Under the pieces are notes generated by a model. It made no database searches. It was not told the origin of the DNA and saw only the letters and a list, made by a program, of their open reading frames with translations. From the NCBI GenBank assembly GCA_937975685.1, contig CALJUG010000046.1:84-64083 (forward strand): a stretch of DNA of 64,000 bases. Reading direction: 5' to 3'. The position numbers were made by a program, and so were the translations under genes. Positions within the stretch are counted from its first letter, which is position 1; every line of letters starts with the position of its first letter. This DNA comes from an uncultured bacterium. GTDB taxonomy: Bacteria; Planctomycetota; Planctomycetia; Pirellulales; PALSA-1355. Below, piece by piece: positions 58,240 to 64,000 of the stretch.

Positions 58240-59655
58240 CTACCAAAAATAGCGCGGCTCGGTCACGGCCATTCCGGGCCGGATTTGCGCGGCCAGTTCC
58301 TCGGCGTTTTGGGCAAATAGCGGGCTGATCTCGACCGGTACGCCCTCGGCCACGTCGCACCCGGCCGACCGCAGCCACTCGGCGTGCAACGCTATCATCT
58401 GCCGCTGCACGGTCTCGGGCGAGTCGAACGCCTCGCCCGGGGCGTTTTTCACCGGTGCAAACGTCCTCGCGGCGTCCACCTCGACGACGATCGACTGGTG
58501 GGCCTCGGGCAGCAGGTCGAAGATGAACCGCTCGAACTTCACGGCATTGGGCTCTGCGGGCTCGACCTTCTGCCCTTCGGGATCCACGTGGTGGACGACC
58601 TTCTTCGCCACGTGAAACGGCAGTGCCGTATCGCCGGCGGCCATGCGTTCCAGAAAAGTCAGCTCGAAGACGTGTACCGCCGTGTTGCCGGCCCAAAAGA
58701 TCGGCTCGCCACTGGAGGTAGTGCGCAACACGATTTCATCACCGAGCGGATTCAAATCGCTGTATTCGAGAATGCGCAGCTTGCCGTCAATCGACACGAC
58801 GTTGCCCACGCGCTCGCGCGGCTGCCGCTTGGCGACGACCTGGGTCGACAACTCCGAGGCGGAAAGCAGGTGATAGCCAAGGAACCGCGGGTCGCACATT
58901 TCCACCAGCGGGTTGTCGACCTGGCAATAAAACAATTGCCGCAGGCCACGCGTGCGGGCATCGGCCAGGCAGCCGCTGGCGGCAAACGCGCGCAAGGTGC
59001 CGCCGTGCCCGTCGGGGCTGAGCGCCAACTGGGCCTTGCCGGCCAGCAACACGCGCCCGGTGGCCGCGTCGACCGCCGGCATCGTGCCCTGGCAGAAGAT
59101 CTTCACGTCTTCGCTGGGCAGGCCGAAGTACTCCTTGGCCGCGAGATACTCGAGCGTTTCGGCATGCGTGGCGGGACTGGTCATCAGGTACAGCGGAATC
59201 CGCAACTGGGCCACGCGGGCCCGGGCGGCAATCTTCTCCAGTAGAATCTGGAACAGCGAGGCCCCCGACACCGGACCGATGCCGTACATGCCCTTGGGAT
59301 GCTCGAAGCCCAGCCGGCTCCCCTGCCCTCCGGCCACGAGAATGACGCCCACGTGGCCGCTGGTGAGCGATTCGAGCCCCGCCTGCTCGGCCTGCTCGGG
59401 CGAATGAGCCGGCTGGGGTTCGCCGAGACGAAACGCCGGAGGTGCCAAGGCCCGACGGGCAAGTTCGGCCCAGTCTTCGCCGGATTCTTCCGCGTGAATC
59501 AAGCGGTGCAGCAGTTCGAGGTCGAGCTGTTCGATTTGCGCGCGTAAGGCGTCTTGGGCCTCGGGCTCGAGCTCGTGCCAGAAGTCCAGCAAATGTTGCT
59601 GTTCGAAGGCCGACAGATGCCGCGCCAGTTCGTCTTTGCCGCGCGTCTCGCTCAA
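58240..59655 (-). CDS. UDP-sugar pyrophosphorylase of the UDPGP (UAP1/eukaryote-type UDP-GlcNAc pyrophosphorylase) family
   Basis: VAGGQGSRLGFEHPKG is the UDPGP signature, and the QQHLLDFW-type N-terminus fits. The start is uncertain: TTG at 59655 with GGAG 6 nt upstream, or the longest ORF extending to 59727. Confidence 0.8.
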   Translation of the reverse strand: MSETRGKDELARHLSAFEQQHLLDFWHELEPEAQDALRAQIEQLDLELLHRLIHAEESGEDWAELARRALAPPAFRLGEPQPAHSPEQAEQAGLESLTSGHVGVILVAGGQGSRLGFEHPKGMYGIGPVSGASLFQILLEKIAARARVAQLRIPLYLMTSPATHAETLEYLAAKEYFGLPSEDVKIFCQGTMPAVDAATGRVLLAGKAQLALSPDGHGGTLRAFAASGCLADARTRGLRQLFYCQVDNPLVEMCDPRFLGYHLLSASELSTQVVAKRQPRERVGNVVSIDGKLRILEYSDLNPLGDEIVLRTTSSGEPIFWAGNTAVHVFELTFLERMAAGDTALPFHVAKKVVHHVDPEGQKVEPAEPNAVKFERFIFDLLPEAHQSIVVEVDAARTFAPVKNAPGEAFDSPETVQRQMIALHAEWLRSAGCDVAEGVPVEISPLFAQNAEELAAQIRPGMAVTEPRYFW

Positions 59656-59689
59656 GAGCGTCTCCGGCCGCCGCCCATCATGGCGCCCT

Positions 59690-59803
59690 TTAGATCCAAC
59701 CGCGCACCCAGGCCCAGGCCAATACACACAACAGAGGGAACAGGCCGAAAATCGTCAGATACGTGACGATCGTCGTCCAAACGTGTCGCGGCCAACGGGC
59801 CAT
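59690..59803 (-). CDS. candidate 37-aa single-TM micro-protein MARWPRHVWTTIVTYLTIFGLFPLLCVLAWAWVRGWI
   Basis: Read by eye: ATG at 59803, TAA at 59690-59692. Basic N-terminus plus one hydrophobic helix. About 75% GC at third codon positions, like the surrounding genes. No clear SD. It is below the ORF-track cut-off. Confidence 0.3.
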   Translation of the reverse strand: MARWPRHVWTTIVTYLTIFGLFPLLCVLAWAWVRGWI

Positions 59804-60039
59804 ACGCCGAAATCTGCAAGGGGAAACGTACAATTCCTGGGGAAGGCGAAGCTTCGCCCGCTCACGCTACACCTATTATGGCGTCTGATTCGGGGCGGCA
59901 AAGGGGCAGCCCGGGTGCAGCGTCGCGGGTGTCCCGCCGGAAAGCGGGCCTGCGGCCACGTGCAAACACTTCGCCGCACCGTGTCCGCAGCCGGTATACT
60001 ACGAAGAAACCCAGGAAGCACGTCCGCCGAGAGAACCTT

Positions 60040-60780
60040 GTGAGCCAAACCTATCGCTGGAACGTCGCCGATCACGCGGCCGGCTACGACGCCGCGGCCG
60101 AGCACATCCACCCGCACTACGTCGAGATTCAGGATGCGATTCTCGACGAGATCGCGCGTCCGGCCGACGAGGTATTCTTGCTGGTCGATTTGGGCGGTGG
60201 ATCGGGCCGGCTGGCCGAGAGGTTTCTGGCCCGCTTCCCCCATGCCAAGGCAGTGGTCGTCGACCAATCGGAGTCGTTTCTCGAGATCGCCCGCCGCCGC
60301 ATGGAGCCGTTCGGCGATCGCGGCACGTGCGTGGTGAGCCGGTTGCAGGACGACTGGGCGGCCGAGTTGCCGTCGCAGGCGGCAGCGATCGTCAGCATGT
60401 CGGCCATCCATCACCTGGCTCCCGAGGAAAAGCAGCGGCTCTACGCCCGTGCGTACGAGGCACTCGCGCCCTACGGCGTGCTTCTCAACGGTGACGAAGT
60501 GCGGGCCGACGACGATGCCGAATACCTGGCCGAACTCAAGACCTGGGCGCAGCACATGCAACGGATCGTGGCCGCGGGCCGCGTGAGCGAGGCGATGGAG
60601 CCGATGCTCGAGAAGTGGCGCGTGCGCAATATCGACAACTTTGACCAGCCGCGCGAAAGCGGCGACGACTGCCACGAAAGCGTGCAGACGCAGTTGAGCT
60701 ACCTGTGCGACTGCGGATTTCGCAGTGTCGGCACGCCGTGGAAAAAAGAGATGTGGGCCTTGCTCAAAGGCGTGAAATAG
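60040..60780 (+). CDS. class I SAM-dependent methyltransferase
   Basis: Motif I LLVDLGGGSGRLA, motif II-like VVDQSESFLEIA, and IVSMSAIHHL. The GTG start at 60040 was chosen; the track ORF starts at 59878. Confidence 0.75.
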   Translation: MSQTYRWNVADHAAGYDAAAEHIHPHYVEIQDAILDEIARPADEVFLLVDLGGGSGRLAERFLARFPHAKAVVVDQSESFLEIARRRMEPFGDRGTCVVSRLQDDWAAELPSQAAAIVSMSAIHHLAPEEKQRLYARAYEALAPYGVLLNGDEVRADDDAEYLAELKTWAQHMQRIVAAGRVSEAMEPMLEKWRVRNIDNFDQPRESGDDCHESVQTQLSYLCDCGFRSVGTPWKKEMWALLKGVK

Positions 60781-60796
60781 CGAAGAGGAGGTTCCC

Positions 60797-61813
60797 TTGA
60801 TCGAACGCTGTGCAACGCTGGGCGCTTCGCTGGGCCGTGCCCTGGTGCCAGCCTGGCTGCTGTTGGCCACGGGTTTCTCGGCCACTGCACGCGCGGCCGC
60901 CGAAGTGCCGCTGGGGGGCGGCACGGTGGTGCGGTTTGCCGACGTGCGCGAGGGCGTTGAGGCGATCACCCGTCGCGACGACTATATCCAGCAGCTCAGC
61001 CCCTTCGATCGCCAGGTACGCCTGCAGACCGATCAAGCGGTGAGCGAGCAGCAGTTTCTCGACTTCGTGGCCGGGCACGTCGCCCCGTGGACCGAAGCCG
61101 AAATCCAGAAGCTGACGCCGCTGTTGGAAAGCCTAGCCAAGAAGATCGAACCCTGGAAGCTCGACCTGCCGCCGGTCATCCTGCTGGTGAAGACCACCGG
61201 CCGCGAAGAGGGACGCGCCGCCTATTGCCGCGGCCCCGCCATCGTGTTGCCGCAAAACATGGTCGACGGCAAAAAGGCGAAGCTTTCGAACATTCTGGCG
61301 CACGAGTTGTTTCACGTGCTCAGCAGCCACAACCCCAAGCTGCGCGAAAAGCTGTACGCCTCGATCGGCTTCCAGCCCTGCAACGTCGTGAGACTGCCAG
61401 CCGGCTATCAGGCGCGGAAGATCACGAATCCCGATGCCCCGTTAAACGATCACTACATCACCGTGACCCACGACGGATTGGCGCTGGAGCTCATGCCGGT
61501 GCTGTACTCCAACGCGCCCCGCTACGACGCGTCGCGCGGCGGCAATCTGTTTTCTTACCTGACGTTTAAGCTGATGGCCCTGGAAAACGTCGACGGCCAG
61601 CGCCAGCCGCTGTTGATGGGGCAGAATCCCGTGTTGCTCGACCCTACGAGCGTGGAGGGCTTTCACGAGTTGATCGGCCGCAACACGAAGTACATCATCC
61701 ACCCCGAAGAAGTGCTGGCCGACAACTTCGTGTTTCTACTCGACGGCCGCATCGATCTGCCCACACCCCGCGTGGTCGAGCAAATGGGCGAGATCCTGCA
61801 AGACGCGAACTAG
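60797..61813 (+). CDS. secreted putative zinc metalloprotease (HExxH)
   Basis: GAGGAGG lies 5 nt before the TTG at 60797. Signal peptide ...LVPAWLLLATGFSATARAAA. HELFH motif. No specific family recognised. Confidence 0.65.
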   Translation: MIERCATLGASLGRALVPAWLLLATGFSATARAAAEVPLGGGTVVRFADVREGVEAITRRDDYIQQLSPFDRQVRLQTDQAVSEQQFLDFVAGHVAPWTEAEIQKLTPLLESLAKKIEPWKLDLPPVILLVKTTGREEGRAAYCRGPAIVLPQNMVDGKKAKLSNILAHELFHVLSSHNPKLREKLYASIGFQPCNVVRLPAGYQARKITNPDAPLNDHYITVTHDGLALELMPVLYSNAPRYDASRGGNLFSYLTFKLMALENVDGQRQPLLMGQNPVLLDPTSVEGFHELIGRNTKYIIHPEEVLADNFVFLLDGRIDLPTPRVVEQMGEILQDAN

Positions 61814-61847
61814 CTCCCCTGCTAACCCGCTTCCCTCGTGGGAGCGT

Positions 61848-62675
61848 TCACTCCGCCGCCGCGGGCCGTTCCTGGATCGAAAACTCGACCAGCACGAACG
61901 TGGCCTCCTCGGCCGGTTCGTCGAGCTTCAGCTCGAACCGCACGCCGTAGGCCTGCACGTCGCCGAGCTTCAACCGCGCCGGCGGGCCATCGATTTGCTC
62001 GGCATAGCACACCGGCACGCGTTGCATGGGCGGACAGATCGCCACGTGTGCAACGGCGTGCCGTTGGGCAGCGGCGAAATCGACCCGCACCAGACCTTCC
62101 ATCACTTCGTCCGACGCGGGGCCGCGACGCACGATCCGCTGCGTAAGGCCATCGGCCATCTCGTCGTCGGCCGCGTCTTCGATCATGCCGAAGGGCGCCT
62201 GGGGCAACGGAATCCGCTCTTCTTGCAGATCTGAACCGGCGGCGGTTTGCCCATCCACGTCTCGCGATTCGGACGGTCGAAAGCGTCCCCAACTCCAGCC
62301 CTCTTCGAGCAGCAACGCTCCGAACAAGATCGCCAGCCCCAAGGCGTCGCTTCCGCCCAGAGACACGCCGACGGCCCAGATCGCCAACACGATCGAGGGT
62401 GCCGCCCAAACGACGTACGCAGCGCGGCGCGGCAGGTGCGGCCAGACCAACAAGCGCCGGATGACGAGCATCGCGGCCGCCAGCGTAACGCCCAAGACGA
62501 TCAACGCGATCGGCGGCAGCGGTTCCTGAAGTGCACCGCTCAAGCGACGCACGCAAAGCAGCCCACCGCCGGCAGCCAACAGCGCAAGCGCAGTGGCCGC
62601 GGCTACCCGGGCCAAGCGCGCAACCGGAGGCGCAATCAGTCTGCGCGAGCTACGCAAGGCGGTGGAAGCGTCCAT
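61848..62675 (-). CDS. hypothetical membrane protein (about 4 TM plus a C-terminal soluble domain)
   Basis: 275-aa ORF with hydrophobic helices in the N-terminal 130 aa. No family recognised. Confidence 0.5.
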   Translation of the reverse strand: MDASTALRSSRRLIAPPVARLARVAAATALALLAAGGGLLCVRRLSGALQEPLPPIALIVLGVTLAAAMLVIRRLLVWPHLPRRAAYVVWAAPSIVLAIWAVGVSLGGSDALGLAILFGALLLEEGWSWGRFRPSESRDVDGQTAAGSDLQEERIPLPQAPFGMIEDAADDEMADGLTQRIVRRGPASDEVMEGLVRVDFAAAQRHAVAHVAICPPMQRVPVCYAEQIDGPPARLKLGDVQAYGVRFELKLDEPAEEATFVLVEFSIQERPAAAE

Positions 62676-62708
62676 GCACCAGCAACCTCCAGCGCGGCGA
62701 ATTAGCGA

Positions 62709-63896
62709 CTAGCTGCGTGCGGCCATGGCACCGCCGGCGGCCTGCGCCAGGTCTTTGGCACGCGACGTCTGTTCCCACGTGAAGTCGGCGTCGTCGCGGC
62801 CGAAGTGCCCGCCGGCGGCCGTCTTCTTGAAGATCGGACGCCGCAGGTCGAGATACTCGATGATACCGCCGGGCGTGAGCGGAAACAGCTCGCGCACTAG
62901 CTCGCAGATTCGCTCGTCGTCGACCTTGCCCGTGCCATAGGTGTCGACGTGCACGCTGACCGGCTCGCTCACGCCGATGGCGTAGGCCAGTTGCAGCTCG
63001 CAGCGGTCGGCCAGTCCCGCGGCCACGATCGTCTTGGCCACGTGGCGCGACATGTAGGCGGCACTGCGGTCGACCTTGGTGGGATCCTTGCCGCTGAACG
63101 CTCCGCCGCCGTGGCGACCCCAGCCGCCGTAGGTGTCGACGATGATCTTGCGGCCCGTGAGCCCGCAGTCGCCGTGCGGTCCGCCGACGACGAATCGCCC
63201 GGTGGGATTAATGTGGTACTTGATCTCGCCGGTGACCAGTTCGGCCGGCAACGAAGGCTTGATGACCTTGTCGATCACGAAGCTGCGGATGTCGTCGTTG
63301 GAAACCTTGGGCGAATGTTGGGTGGAAACCACCACCGTGTCGACGCGGAGAGCGCGGGGGCCATCGTATTCGATCGTCACCTGGCTCTTGCTGTCGGGGC
63401 GCAGCCAGTCGACTTCGGTTTGCTGGCGGGCCTCGGTGAGTCGATTGAGAATGCGGTGTGCCAGCGCGATCGGCAGCGGCATCAGCTCGGGCGTGTCGTT
63501 GCAAGCGTAGCCAAACATCAGGCCCTGGTCGCCGGCGCCGGTATCCTTGCCCGACGACGAATCCTCGTTGACGCCCTGGGCGATGTCGGGGCTTTGCCGA
63601 TCGAGGGCCGTCATCACGGCGCAAGTGTCGGCGCTAATGCCCATTTCGTCGTCGGTGTAGCCGACGTCGCGAATCGTGTCGCGGATGACGGTGGGATAGT
63701 CGACCGTGGCCTTGGTCGTGATTTCGCCGGCCACCATGGCCATGCCGGTCGTCACCAAGGTCTCGCAGGCCACGCGGCTGAGGGGGTCTTGCGCGAGCAG
63801 CGCGTCGAGCACGCCGTCCGAAATCTGGTCGGCCAACTTGTCCGGATGGCCCATACTGACCGACTCGCTCGTGAAGAAATACTTGCCTGAAGCCAC
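62709..63896 (-). CDS. metK: S-adenosylmethionine synthase
   Basis: [35 protein letters not shown], and [16 protein letters not shown] are MetK signatures. Start set at GTG 63896, with AAGGAG 8 nt upstream. Confidence 0.93.
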   Translation of the reverse strand: MASGKYFFTSESVSMGHPDKLADQISDGVLDALLAQDPLSRVACETLVTTGMAMVAGEITTKATVDYPTVIRDTIRDVGYTDDEMGISADTCAVMTALDRQSPDIAQGVNEDSSSGKDTGAGDQGLMFGYACNDTPELMPLPIALAHRILNRLTEARQQTEVDWLRPDSKSQVTIEYDGPRALRVDTVVVSTQHSPKVSNDDIRSFVIDKVIKPSLPAELVTGEIKYHINPTGRFVVGGPHGDCGLTGRKIIVDTYGGWGRHGGGAFSGKDPTKVDRSAAYMSRHVAKTIVAAGLADRCELQLAYAIGVSEPVSVHVDTYGTGKVDDERICELVRELFPLTPGGIIEYLDLRRPIFKKTAAGGHFGRDDADFTWEQTSRAKDLAQAAGGAMAARS

Positions 63897-63966
63897 GTGG
63901 CGATCTCCTTTCCCAGAAATTCGGGCCGCCCCGTACGGCAGGCGGGCCTCCAGAAGGTGATTGGGC

Positions 63967-63996
63967 ATTATAAGCGTCCTGCAGGGGCGTTCGCAA
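63967..63996 (-). promoter_or_regulatory. sigma-70-like promoter candidate for metK (TTGCGA-N18-TATAAT)
   Basis: On the minus strand, TTGCGA (63991-63996) and TATAAT (63967-63972) are separated by 18 nt. This predicts a leader of about 65 nt before the metK GTG. Confidence 0.4.
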
Positions 63997-64000
63997 CTGT

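Overview
High-GC (about 62-66% by eye), densely coding bacterial chromosomal segment with about 57 CDS. I recognised no rRNA, tRNA, CRISPR array, transposase or integrase. The gene content and protein style suggest Planctomycetota, Pirellulales-like; this is inference only. Supporting traits are a PEGA lipoprotein, a PD40/WD40 propeller, an HME-RND pump with no outer-membrane factor, a GT87-like membrane glycosyltransferase, a eukaryote-type UDP-sugar pyrophosphorylase, bEBP-type regulators, and many genes with weak or no Shine-Dalgarno. Backbone, in window order: gatC (partial) and rpmB; a heavy-metal RND efflux operon; lexA; an NtrB/NtrC-like operon; a membrane PP2C phosphatase; mlaEFD-like genes; clpC; a Clp_N-ThiE fusion; TlpA; a CYTH protein; lpxB; an M50 protease; an SGNH hydrolase; apbC/mrp; a complete 14-gene nuoA-N operon (36648-51337, minus strand); an M20 peptidase; an MBL hydrolase; ruvX; two sugar-nucleotide pyrophosphorylases; and metK. 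This is mostly ordinary core genome, and I do not see a defence island or mobile element. Items worth a second look: (1) an unannotatable 23-aa poly-lysine ORF with the strongest SD in the window, behind a 385-nt AT-rich structured spacer; (2) a perfect CRP-type palindrome TGTGA-N6-TCACA 25 nt upstream of nuoA; (3) duplicated CHCC Cys modules shared by the RND adaptor and a small lipoprotein, plus two Cys-cluster secreted proteins next to metal-handling genes; (4) a Clp_N repeat domain fused to ThiE; (5) a degenerate bEBP (no GAFTGA, altered Walker B) followed by a pseudo-receiver; (6) a 30-bp near-perfect inverted repeat between ruvX and an SDR gene. All functional calls rest on motif and family recognition by eye; no database search was run.
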